DNA of 64,000 nt. It comes from Octopus bimaculoides (Eukaryota). A program made the position numbers and the translations under genes. The notes under the pieces were generated by a model. It worked only from the letters and a program-made list of their open reading frames with translations. It was not told where the DNA came from and searched no databases. Shown here in pieces: positions 12,960-26,256 of the stretch. Every line of letters starts with the position of its first letter. Positions within the stretch are counted from its first letter, which is position 1. Where the stretch lies: the NCBI RefSeq assembly GCF_001194135.2, contig NC_069001.1, positions 15,802,423 to 15,866,422 of the forward strand. Reading direction: 5' to 3'.

Positions 12960-14121
12960 CTGTAAGTTCCAAACAGAGAAAACTATATTATAAAATACAA
13001 TAAAAATATTTTACAAAGAAGCCAAAATCAAAATTATAAATTAACTGCTATGATTTAAATGCAACTGATACTAGATCTGGCAAAACAGTTAAAATTATCA
13101 GCACACAAGTATAGGTGTAGATGTGCAGTTAAGAAGCTTGCTTCTGAACTACATTGTTTTAGGTTCAGTCACACTGCACTTTAAGCAATAGTCCAAGATA
13201 ACCAAAGCCTGGTAAGTGGATTTAGTAGACAGAAACTAGAAAAGAAGTTTGTCATATGTGTGTGTGTAAGTGTAAAAGTGTGTGGTTTCATGATCGTAGG
13301 GTTGTGAGTTTGATACCTGGCAACATGTTATGTCCTTGAACTAAACACTATATTTCACATTGATCCAGCCAACTCAGCTGAGAAAAATGAAGAGTACTTG
13401 AAATTCAAAGGGCCAGCCTTGTCATATTCAGTGTCATGTTGAATCACCCTGTGAACTATGTTAAGGGTACAAGAAAATTTTTGCGAATTTGTGTTCTACA
13501 CACAGGAATTCATAAGCCTATGCAAAAAAAAAATGTTTTTTTGATTTTTTTAAAACTTAAAACAGTTCTTTGAATTAAAAAATTTTTTTTTTTTTTCAAA
13601 TTCTTTTTTTAAATCAAAGTTTAAAATGTGGACAGACCAAATTCTTTGTATAAATCCCAGCAATAGATCATTAAATGTGTTTATGGGGAGAAAAATATTG
13701 GAAGACATCAATAGAAGTTAGAGTGACAAAGAAACAGGGAAGGTAGGCGGTCATGAGATGTGCTAAAAATAACAACTAAAAAGACCTTAAATCATACAAA
13801 AAAAATTCTTTGGTTTTTGAACAGTCATATGAATTCCCATATGTAGAATACAAATTCAAAAAAATCTTGTGAAAATTCCAAAAAATAAAAACGTTATGAG
13901 AGGTTATACAGAGTTCCCAAACCAGAATTCTGCCAATGTATGTTGAATTAAGATATATAATTAAGGAGACTCATGAGTGATAAATTATGTTGAGGAGTTA
14001 AGACAGTTTAGCTAAATTAGCAGAAACAAACTGTGGTCTTTGAGAAGCTAGAATGACAGTCACTCATAGCATAACTCCTAGTACAGTCACTGAGAAAACA
14101 ATAGGTATGTAGCTTGAAAAA

Positions 14122-14540
14122 GGTGGCGAGCTGGCAGAAAAGTTAGCACACCGGACGACATGCTTAGCAGTATTTCGTCTGCCGCTACGTTCTGAGTTCA
14201 AATTCCACCGAGGTCGACTTTGCCTTTCATCCTTTCGGGGTTAATAAATTAAGTACCAGTTGCACACTGGGGTCAATGTAATCGACTTAATCCCTTTGTC
14301 TGTCCTTGTTTGTCCCCTCTATGTTTAACCCCTTGTGGGCAATAAAGAAATAAGAAATGTTAGCATGTTGGACGAAATGCTTAGCGGTATTTCATCTGTC
14401 TTTATGTTCTGAGTTCAAATTTTGCCAAGGTTGAGTTTGCCTTTCATCCCTTCAGGGTTGATAAATTAGGGACCAGTTGCGTACTGGGATTGATCTAATC
14501 GACTCCCCATCCCCCAAAATTTCAGGCCTTGTACCTAGAG
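14122..14540 (+). mobile_element. Tandem copies of the most abundant short SINE family (also ~1960-2180, 4570-4742, 6795-6995, 9625-9930, 14967-15390, 16905-17125, 29345-29535, 32870-33320, 39010-39460, 42085-42310)
   Basis: Recurrent GAGCTGGCAGAA...TTCTGAGTTCAAATTC...GCCTTTCATCCTTT...AAGTACCAG...CAGGCCTTGTGCC, often with (TTA)n tails. Boundaries are approximate. Confidence 0.85.
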
Positions 14541-15597
14541 TAGCTTGAATCCTGTTGATGAGATTGTTGTTCTCCTGTGACAAACACAACAATGTTTAGC
14601 ATATTCACATTCAAATCTGCCACAACATATTAAGAATAAATATGTGGGTCATTGTTTTGATTCTCACTGTTCACCAAGGATATAAAGATTAGTTATTGTT
14701 TGGCTTATATCAGCATGGATCAGCAAACAGTTTGTTTGCTGAAATTATAAACACAGCCATACATTATGGTTTAGACTCATTGGTCCAGGTGCTTCTGACT
14801 AATGAGACCCAACATGGTTCAAACACTGCTATCCCAGAGTCTCTTGTACTAATGAACCAAATGTGTTAGGAAAACACTAACATCATAAAGGAGAAGTTAT
14901 TTCTCCTGTGGTGTACAAAACAGTGATTAATATATTCAGTTTGAAATCTGATGGAATATACTAGTTTAAAATTTTGGCACAAGGCCAGCAAATTCAGGTA
15001 AGCTGATTACATTGACCTCAGTGTTCAACTGGAATTTATTTTATCGACCCTGAAAGGGATGAAATGCAAAGTTGACCTTGACAGAATTTGAACTCAGAAC
15101 ATAAGACAGACAAAACGCCATTAAGCATTTTGTCCAGCATGCTAACAATTCTGCCAGCTCACCACTTTTTTAATAATTCTTTTTACTATAGGCACAAAGC
15201 CGGAAATTTGAGAGGAGGGGCTAGTCAATTACATCAATCTCAGTACTCAACTGGTACTTATTTTATCGACCTTGAAAGGATGAAAGGCAAAGTTGACCTC
15301 AGTGGAATTTGAACTCAGAATGTAAAGATGGACAAAATGTTACGAAATATTTTGCCCAACATATTAATGGTTTTGCCAGCTCGCCATCTTAATCTAATGG
15401 AATATATTAAGAATAGATATGGAAACCATTACAATTTATTAATTGTTTACCAGAAATAAAATACTACTTGAAAATCAACTTCTTTTCAGAAAAAACAATT
15501 TGTCAGTAAAATGGAAGCACCTACTCCAAATATATTTGCTGATTATTTACTGAATATATTTCAGTTTTCAAAGAGTTTCATCATGTCCTTGTGTGTT

Positions 15598-15989
15598 GTT
15601 GTTGTTGTTGTTGGCACTCCGTCGCTTACGACGTCGAGGGTTCCAGTTGATCCGATCAACGGAACAGCCTGCTCGTGAAATTAACGTACAAGTGGCTGAG
15701 CACTCCACAGACATGTGTACCCTTAACGTAGTTCTCGGGGATATTCAGCGTGACACAGTGTGACAAGGCTGACCATTTGAATTACATGCACAACAGAAAC
15801 AGGAAGTAAGAGTGAGAGAAAGTTGTGGTGGAAGAGTACAGCAAGGTTCGCCACCATCCCCTGCCGGAGCCTCGTGGAGCTTTAGGTGTTTTTGCTCAAT
15901 AAACACTCACAACGCCCGGTCTGGGAATCGAAACCGCGATCCTATGACCGCGAGTCCGCTGCCCTAACCACTGGGCCATTGCGCCTCCT
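15598..15989 (-). mobile_element. tRNA-derived SINE with (CAA)n tail (near-identical copy at 36790-37054, cut by a gap; decayed copies at ~16300-16460 and ~59640-59940)
   Basis: Minus-strand head GGAGGCGCAATGGCCCAGTGGTTAGGG...GGTTTCGATTCCC (A and B boxes); repeated in the window. Confidence 0.85.
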
Positions 15990-17481
15990 GTGTGTGTGTT
16001 GTAAGAGATAACTAATTAAAGAGGAATACTCAACCATTAAAAACTGCCACAAAAAAACTGTTCAACCCATGACAGCATGGAAAAGTATTAGATGTAAAAC
16101 ATTGGTAATGATAATGATGATGGTGGTGGTGGGGGATGGCAATGATGATGGAATGGGGTGAATGTAATGATGATGATGAGGAGGAGGAGGATGACAATGA
16201 TGATAAATTTGGTTATTGTTGTTAGTCCTGATCAAGTGAACTTATGATCAAAGGTGATCCAGCCATGATGATCACATCTTTTAGTCAGACACAACAGATC
16301 CACTATCAGTTTCAACAAAGAGTCAGACATCCAGTTGTTCAATCAACTCAGTGTTGGACTCATTAAATTAACATGTAAGTGGCTGAGTATACCATGTACA
16401 CGTGTACTCCTTAGTGTAACTTCCAAGTCAAATCGCTATGACCCAAAATATGTCAAGGCTGGGTCTTTAAAATACAGGTACAAATCATGTGATGGGTTTC
16501 CACACAGTTTCCCTCTACCCATTTTCACTCCCAAGGTTTTGGTAGACCTAAGGATCTAGTAAAGATACTTATCTATGATGTCACACAGTAGGATCAAATA
16601 TAGGACCTCCAACAAGGCCTGCATCCATAGGGTTGGGAACAGCAAGGTGCAGGCGGTGCAAGTGCACCCCTAAAATTTTTGTGGGACAATGAAAATGCTT
16701 TGAACATCATCCTGAAAAACTTCATCACCAAAATAAACAAGTGCAGAAACATTTTTGGACTGATTGGAAACATTACTTTTTCCATTATTGGATTTATTTG
16801 ATTTGATTCATGTCCAAATATTATAATAATAATAATTATTATTATCATTGTACCTGTATATAAGATGGCTAGCTGGCAGAATCATTAGCATTGTACCTGT
16901 ATATAAGGCGGCGAGCTGGCAGAAACGTTAGCAAGCCGGGCGAAATGCTTAGTGGTATTTCATCTGCCATTATGTTCTGAGTTCAAATTCCGCCGAGGTC
17001 AACTTTGCCTTTCATCCAATCCTTTCGGAAGTCAATGTACCAGTTGATCTCTGGGGTCAGTCAATCTAATCAACTTATCCTCTTCCCTGAAATTGCTGGC
17101 CTTGTGCCAAAATTTGAAATCATTATCGCACTTGTGATTGGTTTGATATTAAGACTGAAAAAAAAAAAAAAATATGGCTTATAAAATATTTTGGACCTGG
17201 GTTTGCATCCACCAAGCAAATTTCATTCCTGTACTTATGCCTGTATCTACTGTTTAGATATGACATATCTAAGAGTACTTCATACAATGTATCCGTCTGC
17301 TTTTTTCTTTTTAAAAACAGTAGGGTGATATTTGAAAGGAATTTGGCTGATATTTCTAACAGTTAGGATAACCATGTGCAGGAGGTTATGAGACCATTTT
17401 GGCACAGCTGTTTTGTTGCCACTTATCTGGCATCACCAATTCAACACTGACTTATTTGGCATTGAATGTTTCTCATATTCT

Positions 17482-17532
<51 letters not shown>

Positions 17533-18023
17533 ATCATCATCATCAACATTTAACATCCATTTTCCATGCTGACATGGGTTGGACAACTTCACAGAATCTA
17601 GCAAGGCCAAGAGTTGCACTGGGTTCCATAGTCTGTTTTGGTTTGGTTTCTACAGCTGGATGCCCTAACCTTAACCCTAACCCTTCCTAATGCCAACCAC
17701 TTTAACGGAGTGTACTGGGTGTTTTTTATGCAGCATCATCATCAGGGCATTTTGTATGGCATCTTGGTTTTTGCGTACAAGCATATTTGTTTGTGTGTTT
17801 AAAAAGAAAGAAACTGTTTATATCAATCATGTTCAATTAATAAATTGTAATGTCTCTCTCTCTCCCTCACTCTTTCTCTCTCAATCTCTCTGCTTCTATG
17901 CGTGAGCATATTTCTCTTTATATGTATGAGAGGAGGAAAAGTGTTTCAGATGTCAACTGTGTTCGATTAATAAATTGTAAAGTCTCTCATTCAGTCTCAC
18001 TCTATTCATGTGTTATATTTCAG

Positions 18024-18070
<47 letters not shown>

Positions 18071-18259
18071 TGAGAGAGANNNNNNNNNNNNNNNNNNNNN
18101 NNNNNNNNNNNNNNNNNNNNNNNNNNNNNNNNNNNNNNNNNNNNNNNNNNNNNNNNNNNNNNNNNNNNNNNNNNNNNNNNNNNNNNNNNNNNNNNNNNNN
18201 NNNNNNNNNNNNNNNNNNNNNNNNNNNNNNNNNNNNNNNNNNNNNNNNNNNNNNNNNNN

Positions 18260-18299
<40 letters not shown>

Positions 18300-18769
18300 C
18301 ACATGCATGCATGTGTGCATTTGTTTACTTCCAATACAAAACATAAGTCCAATCAGCCATGCCAAATCATTAGTGTTCCCATAGCTACACCTAATCATTT
18401 CATTCCATGTACAGGTCTCTGCTGTAAGCTCTCATCTTTAGCAAATACATAAAATTTTCATTTATTCTGTGAAAACTAAGAAACATATATTAATATTGGC
18501 ATCTCAGGGAACTGCCTGAGATTGATGATTAATGATCCATTCAACATCATTAATCATATAAACATTAGTCTTTCAGTGAAGAGGGATAGCTTCCATGTAG
18601 TTGTTCAGCCTGGTAGAAATAACAATCAGATATTTTTAATTTCAACCAACCATTTGGCATGGTTTTCTGTGACTAGATGCCCTTCCTAATGCCAACCACT
18701 CTGTAATGATGGGATCACATGTTGTTTAACCAAATACAAATAAATATTAGCATTAGTAGTTCCTTTAAT

Positions 18770-19503
18770 CTGCATTAGAGCGCCAACTCCTTCAGAAGAA
18801 ATCATTCCCCATACCATGATGCTTCCTCCTCCGAACTTGGCTGATGTCTTCAAGCATTTGGATTTTAGACAATCTCCTGTGAAGCACCTAACATACTGTC
18901 AACCATCTGAACCTACTAAATTCAATTTGCTTTCATCACTAAAATGAACTTTTGACCAATTTTCATTCCTGCTGTTCACATGTGTTTCTGCAAATGAAAG
19001 TCTTTTCAATTTGTTCTTCTTGCTGATGGTAGGTTTCATTGCCGGGGAACAAATCTTTAATCCAAATTCCTTCAGACAATGAGACACTGTAAAGTGGCTC
19101 ACTTCCGTACCATTATTTACTTTTATTCTCTTAGAAATTCCAGCTGCAGTCTCAAAGGGATCCTTCAATATGTACTGTTTCATGGCTCAATCATCTCGCA
19201 TGTTGGTTTTGCATGGTCTACCAGTTGCCTTTTTCACTTCAAAACCTTTAGTTTCTTCACAGAGCTTAAGAACACATGAAACTACATTCTTAGATCTCCT
19301 TATGTCTCATGAGAGTCATGCCTGAAACTTTCATCCTGACAATTTCTTTTCAGAGGTTGGGAGCAACTTTAGCGTGGTGTACCATATTCAGAAGCTAGCA
19401 CAATACTGAGACAGTAGTAATGTTGAGCCTGCAAATGTAAACAATGTTTGAAATTTCCAGAAATTTCTGAAGGAATCTAATCGTTCTCTTATTTTGCACA
19501 TGA
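18770..19503 (-). mobile_element. Truncated Tc1-like transposon (N-terminal half of the transposase)
   Basis: TGRPCKT..., KPTISKKNKLKRLSFA..WSKVHFSDESKLNLVGSDG, and GGSIMVWG near 18806-18830; stops and deletions. Confidence 0.85.
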
Positions 19504-19690
19504 AACATTTGGACAAAACTAGTGTTAGTGTTATTAACTTTTATTAAGACCATTGTACAAACTTAGATTTTGCAGAGAATTTAGCAAATGGCTAACCGTA
19601 TTTACAAATCCAATTATGAATTTGTACATTCACTAGGTTTTCCGACATTTAAAAATATATTAATTGTTCCCTTTTTTTGCTCACTACTGT

Positions 19691-19721
<31 letters not shown>

Positions 19722-20212
19722 NNNNNNNNNNNNNNNNNNNNNNNNNNNNNNNNNNNNNNNNNNNNNNNNNNNNNNNNNNNNNNNNNNNNNNNNNNNNNNN
19801 NNNNNNNNNNNNNNNNNNNNNNNNNNNNNNNNNNNNNNNNNNNNNNNNNNNNNNNNNNNNNNNNNNNNNNNNNNNNNNNNNNNNNNNNNNNNNNNNNNNN
19901 NNNNNNNNNNNNNNNNNNNNNNNNNNNNNNNNNNNNNNNNNNNNNNNNNNNNNNNNNNNNNNNNNNNNNNNNNNNNNNNNNNNNNNNNNNNNNNNNNNNN
20001 NNNNNNNNNNNNNNNNNNNNNNNNNNNNNNNNNNNNNNNNNNNNNNNNNNNNNNNNNNNNNNNNNNNNNNNNNNNNNNNNNNNNNNNNNNNNNNNNNNNN
20101 NNNNNNNNNNNNNNNNNNNNNNNNNNNNNNNNNNNNNNNNNNNNNNNNNNNNNNNNNNNNNNNNNNNNNNNNNNNNNNNNNNNNNNNNNNNNNNNNNNNN
20201 NNNNNNNNNNNN

Positions 20213-20253
<41 letters not shown>

Positions 20254-20480
20254 TGTGTGTGTGTACATGTTTGTGTATCTGTGTTTGTCCCCCTCACCAT
20301 CGCTTGATGACTGATGTTGGTGTGTTTATGGCCCCATAACTTAGCAGTTCAGCAAATAAAATTTATAGAATAAGTACTCAGCTTACAAACAATAAGTAAT
20401 GGGGTCGATTTGTTCGACTAAAGGCGGTGCTTTAGCATGGCCATAGTCAGATGAGTGAAAAGATTAAAAGAATATACACA

Positions 20481-20558
<78 letters not shown>

Positions 20559-21227
20559 TGTACATAATATAAGTAAGATTGAGTTGAATTAGGTACTTAG
20601 ATTGAGGCACCTCGTTAGGTCAGAATAACACACACACACAACAATATTATGCAAATATTAAACTTGGTACATAAATACCAGCGAAATGATCATGCATTGT
20701 ATGTAAACAATTAGACCCAGCTGGGTGAGAAAATCCGCTCTTGACCTATTCAGACATGTACATTATATTAAATGTACGATCCATAATATTTACGAAGGGC
20801 AGATTCCCAGGCAGGTGAATATAAATATAAATGAGCAACAGTAGAGCTACAGGTGTCAATCCTTAACGGCCATTTCTAATGACTCCTTTAATTGATTAAT
20901 GAAAACATTACATCATTGTAAAGAAACCGTTTTCATCAGATAAATTCATGAACTTCAAAATAAAGGACATTCGAAATGATTTAACATAGTTTGAAGTCCA
21001 TGGAACAAAAACATTTACAGTGATTCTGCTACTATTTCAGTTGTGAGTGGATTTGGTAGTGGACTTTGGTAGTGGGTTTTGGTCAGCCCAGAGTTATAGT
21101 TGAAAACACTTGTCCAAGGTAAGTGGGAGTGGGACTGAACTTGAGACCTTATGGTTGGGCAGTAAGCTTCTTAACCACACAGCTATGCTTGTGCCTACTC
21201 CAAAGAGAAAGTAGTCTGTGTGTAATA

Positions 21228-22756
21228 CACTGAACCGCAAAAGAAATGCGATTTTTTTCAAATATCATTTTTATATGGTAAATTCTGAAAATTTATTTCA
21301 GGGATGTAAGAGTAAAGTGTAAGGTTTATGGCTGAGATCCAAATTGCAGGTAACTTTTCAACTTTCCCTGAAATGAAATGCCAAAATGCAGCTGCATTGA
21401 ATGCCATGGGTGGCAGTCACAAACAATTGTCATGAAAACCAAAATGCATGCCCATCTCATGGAGGTTATGGGTATAAAAATCAACTTGAACCGCATTCTT
21501 GGCATTTGTAATTTGGACACATCAGGTTTGACCCGATTGTCAGCAGCGCAGAGAGAATAAGCTATTGGCCAATTGCAAGCAGGGCAGTATGCTCTGGTTG
21601 TTGCAAAAGCTTACAATGTCCATGTCAGCACCATGTATTGTCTACAACAGCAATACAACACCTACAGCACTGCTGACCGTGCCCACAGAGAGCGTCCCTG
21701 GGTGACCATGCCCAGGTAGGACTGCTTCATCCACCAACAACACTTCTATGATCGCTTCAAACTGGCCAGCATGATAGCTTGCAAGACCATTCGCACTAGA
21801 CAGTGACCCAACAGCGACGACACGGTACGACGTCGACTGGCCGCTAACAACCTGCGTTGCCGTCGTCCTGCTCAAGGGCCTGTCCTCACTGCCCGCCACT
21901 GTCAGGCATGACTACAGCAGGCTACACAGCACCGACATTGGCGGCATCAACAACGGAGGTCGATAGTCTTCTCTGACGAGAGCCGGTACTGCGTTTCCAC
22001 TTCAGATGGCAGAGTGAGGGTGTGGCGTAGGAGGGCCGAACACTACAGAGACACATGTGTCATGGAGAGAGATGTGTGGGGTGGCCAAAGCATCATGGTT
22101 TGAGGTGCTATTGGCCTGAATCAGAGAATTGGGCCCCATGTGTTCCAAAATGTTGGTGCAGGCAGAGGGGATGGCATCACAGCACAGTGCTACATTGACC
22201 AGATCCTAAGACCTCACATTGTGCCCTTCTTCACGCGTCACCATAGCCACGTGCTCCAGCAGGACAATGCTCCCTCCCACACAACCAGGGTCACCATGGC
22301 TATCCTACATCAGTACAACATCAGAACCATGCCGTGGCCAGCTCTCAGTCCAGATTTGAACCCAATTGAACACCTGTGGGATGGAATCCAGAGACAGTTG
22401 AACCAGGTGGTCCCAAAGCCGACAACTCATGAGGAACTGGAGGCAGCTTTCCTCTAGGTGTGGGCACAGGTGCCAACGGTTTTTGTGAACCACCTCATTC
22501 ACTCCATGTACCAACAGTGTATGGCCATTTTGAACACCCAGGGAAGGTATACACAGTATTGAACATGTCACACCCTACAATCTTGATGTGCTGGATCCAC
22601 CCACTACCAGAACATATGACAACAACCCATAGACTGTGGTTAAAGTGCATCCAAGAAATTGATTCTATCAGATTTATCAAAGTTTATCTCTGACATAATG
22701 AAATTAAAACATATTTCACAGTCACACACATCTCGCATTTCTTTTGCCATTCAGTG
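21228..22756 (+). mobile_element. Full-length decayed Tc1 (DD34E) DNA transposon
   Basis: TIRs CACTGAACCGCAAAAGAAATGCGA and TCGCATTTCTTTTGCCATTCAGTG; TA on both sides; transposase motifs VFSDES, QQDNAPSH...SPDLNPIE (34-residue D-E spacing); several in-frame stops. Confidence 0.93.
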
Positions 22757-24626
22757 TATATCAGAACAGATGGCAGCATGATCATGACAGGGGCACCAGT
22801 TAAATTATGAAAATTAGACAAATGGAAACAGTTAGGCAGTGAATATTACATCTTTCTCATCATCATCATTGTCATCATCTCATCATCATTATCACCATCA
22901 GCACTATTCTCACAATCACCACTATCACCATTATCATCATTGTAAAGCTGCCAGGGATATGACAATCCATTTATTGTCCCAATGATATGCATCAAATACA
23001 CTGTGTAGGAAAGGAGTCAAGGAATCAAGCTGTAGAACCACCAGAAGCACAATGTACAAATGAGATATAGTGATTCCACCGTGTTTTGGTGGGCAGGAAC
23101 TCAAAATAAGAACTGACTTGGACTGTGACAACTTTTCCAATTCCAACTCATGCCAGTATGGAAAGTGTCCAGAGAATTGATGGTGATAATGATGATAACA
23201 ATGAACATGATGACAACAATGATGATAATAACAATGGTGTGATGATGGTGATAATGATGACAACAACATTCAAAGATAAGCTAGCAAATATTTGACCAAA
23301 GATTCGTTTTTTAGAAATTGTTTAAACCATATGGTAACAATCAGGGCCATTTGGTTAAAAAAAGAAGTTTGTTTCACAACCTTGTGATTCCAGTTGCTAT
23401 CGTATTAGGGCAAAATGTCTTCTGCAAGAGCTTCTGTTTGATTAAATCTTTCCAAGAGTAATTTGTCTTTCATACAGCAACTGTACTGGATATTTACCAC
23501 CACCACCCCATCCACTTACCACCATTTACTCTATGCAGTACAGTGTGATTTTTTTTTTATGAGCCCTAGGACCTATACGACTGGTTAGCCAGTTTCTATT
23601 GCATTTTATGTAAATGACCAAGATCATAACACTTCTCTTGAACAAGAAGAAGTGGATCTGTTGCAGAGTTCAAAGCCAACATTTATAAAGGGAGGGGAAC
23701 AAGTCAATTACATTGATTCAAGTACTTGACTGATACTTTATTTTATCGACTCCGAAGGGATGAAAGCCAAAGTTGACCTTGGTGGGATTTCAACTCAGAA
23801 TATAAAGAGCTGAAAGAAACGCTGTTCAGCACTTTATTCAACACACTGACAATTCTGGCAGCTCCTAACCTTAATCATAATAATAATAATATTAATAATA
23901 ATAAAGACAGTGAGCTGGCAGAATTGTTAGCATGCTGGGCAAAATGCTTAGTGGCTTTTAACAATAATATCCTTCCTACTGTAGAGACAAGGCCTGAAAG
24001 CTTGAGAAAGGTGTCTATTGATCACATTGATTTCAGTGTTCAACTGGTGTTTATTTTATCAACCCTTAAAGAATGAAAGGCAAAAAACAGAGAGAAATAG
24101 CACTAAACACTTTGACCAACGTATTAACAATTCTGTCGGCTCACCGCCCTACAGTGTGATTTGGGGACTAAAAAATTGAAGACAGACTGACAAATGACAA
24201 AGAGATACTGTACTGCTACCTCAAAATGTCAAACAACAATTAACTTGACTGAGTCAGAAAGTGCTGCTTACTTCCTATTTTAGACTTATTCTTAAGGATA
24301 TGGCATGAATGGTGCATAACTGGTTTGATATTAATTGTTTGCTATTAATAAACATAGTTTAAATATAGCATTTTATTAATTGCTTACAAAGTATATCGCA
24401 TATAACTTCTGCACACACTCTTTCCATTATTGTTGCTGTTTATCTCCAGGTCAATCGCGATAAGACTCATAATCAGCATGATCAAGATATAACCGTCTTG
24501 TCATTTTAGCCTGCTGTGCATATCTAGGAAGATGTCTAACGAAGGCCCATCCCATTTTGTTTAAGACTGTGGGTGTGTGTGTATGTTTTGGATGTTATTT
24601 CAAGCAGATCTAGTAACTATGTAGTG

Positions 24627-24882
24627 CAGTGGTTCTCAACTGGAGTGCATATTATCCTTGGGTGTCCGTGTGAGATTTTGTTGTTAAAGTGCATCCGCAA
24701 TAAATTGGTTATACTTTTACAATACATAAAATACTTTAACATTTTTTTAAAATAATTCCTGATAATATTTAATTTATAGTTAAATATATCGGATTTTTAA
24801 AATATCAAATGGTTATAGGGATCCAACAGAGTAAAATAGGAATCAGAGGAGTCCATAGGTAAAAAATAGTAGAGAACCACAG
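24627..24882. mobile_element. hAT (Charlie-like) MITE; related reversed copy at ~32420-32684
   Basis: CAGTGGTTCTCAAC...GAGAACCACAG termini; partial 8-bp TSD. Confidence 0.6.
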
Positions 24883-26244
24883 GTGTAGAAGATCCCTTGA
24901 TACCTAGTACAGTACCAAGTACTAAGACAGGGGAGATTTGGCTACTATTACTAGCTGGTCGAACAACCACCTAGATGCTATGCTACAGGTGGATGCTTTT
25001 AGCCTAACTATACGATACTATATTTAGTAGTAAAAGAGTTCTCCGTCGTTCGCCTACATGGAAGACTCACAATGCGCACAAAAGTAAAACGAAAGTTTCC
25101 AACAAGGAATATTCAAAACACGTAAAGATTACAGTATAATAAATACTTCTGTTTTCCTCGAAATATTCTGAGACGTTAGACACCGTTTTTTCTCAATGCT
25201 TTATTTCACTGTTAAAGCCATAAATACTGGATTTATAGTCAAATATGCCTCTAGTAGGGACTGGGTTGACAGTAGCAATGTGTAACCCGAGATGTTTGAA
25301 GAGCAGGCCCACAGAAAGTCTTCCCACTACATATTCTCCCTCGATTGTCAATCCTTTGACTAAGCTGTTCCAAAAAGTTCTAGAATTCTTAAAGCACATT
25401 TAAAAAAATGTTACATAAACATTAAATACTCCAGAAAGATGGCCATCCTGACAGGTTACTCTAAGATCAAGTCCTGTCAACTTAACGTATCAAGTTATCT
25501 ACAACTATATAGAGAGTTGTGTGTATATTACTCCCTTGCAACAACAATACTCCAGCATTAAAAAAAAAAAAGAAGCAAAACCCTCCCGTCAGGAACGTTG
25601 TCAGTAAAGACAGATGCGGAAATGTTTAACAATCTTGGAGTCTCACCACTGCACTTAGCCTCGCTTTTCTGACCTCTAACTTCGTCCATTTATCATTCCA
25701 CAGCATTTCAGCTACCTTTAATCCAATATTTCTGTCTATTATAAATAATCCCTTTCTCACGTCTCAGCCATAGCGATTATTCGCGTTTTACACATTATAT
25801 ACACATGGTTAGAGTGAGTAATGTATCAAATAATAACTTTCTATATATACACACACACGCACATGTTTTTACGCGTATGTCAGTGTGGGTCATCATAATC
25901 ATTGATATAATTTAAGAATTTCTTCGAAATTCTATATTCCTAAACATTAAAAGAATTATTTTGTAAAAGTAATAACATAGGAAAATAAACCAAGATACTG
26001 ATTTCCTAAGCTATATAAATCATTAAACAATTCACAGAAACATATCGGTCCCAACCCCATGCAATAAAAGAGACGTACATTTTGCGTAAAGTACTTCTAA
26101 TGTCATTAAATACGATGGAGCCACGAACATCTTTTAATTTTATTTTTGGAATTACTTGTGCTGTAGATACTAAATATATTGTATGAATTATCATTTAATA
26201 TATAGAAAAAATATTTAAAGTTAAAATAGTCGTTTTATAATTAC

Positions 26245-26256
26245 CTTGTCTGCCAT
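26245..26256 (-). CDS. ASB-type gene, inferred first coding exon (MADK)
   Basis: Minus strand reads ttgctATG GCA GAC AAG|gtaatt: good Kozak context (G at -3, G at +4) and a phase-0 donor that matches the phase-0 acceptor at 12959. Lies in unique sequence. The ~13.3-kb intron is inferred. Confidence 0.6.

Noticed and set aside
15930-15989. tRNA gene calls at SINE heads
   Set aside because: A and B boxes are present, but no complete cloverleaf or acceptor stem was seen, and the sequence continues into SINE bodies.
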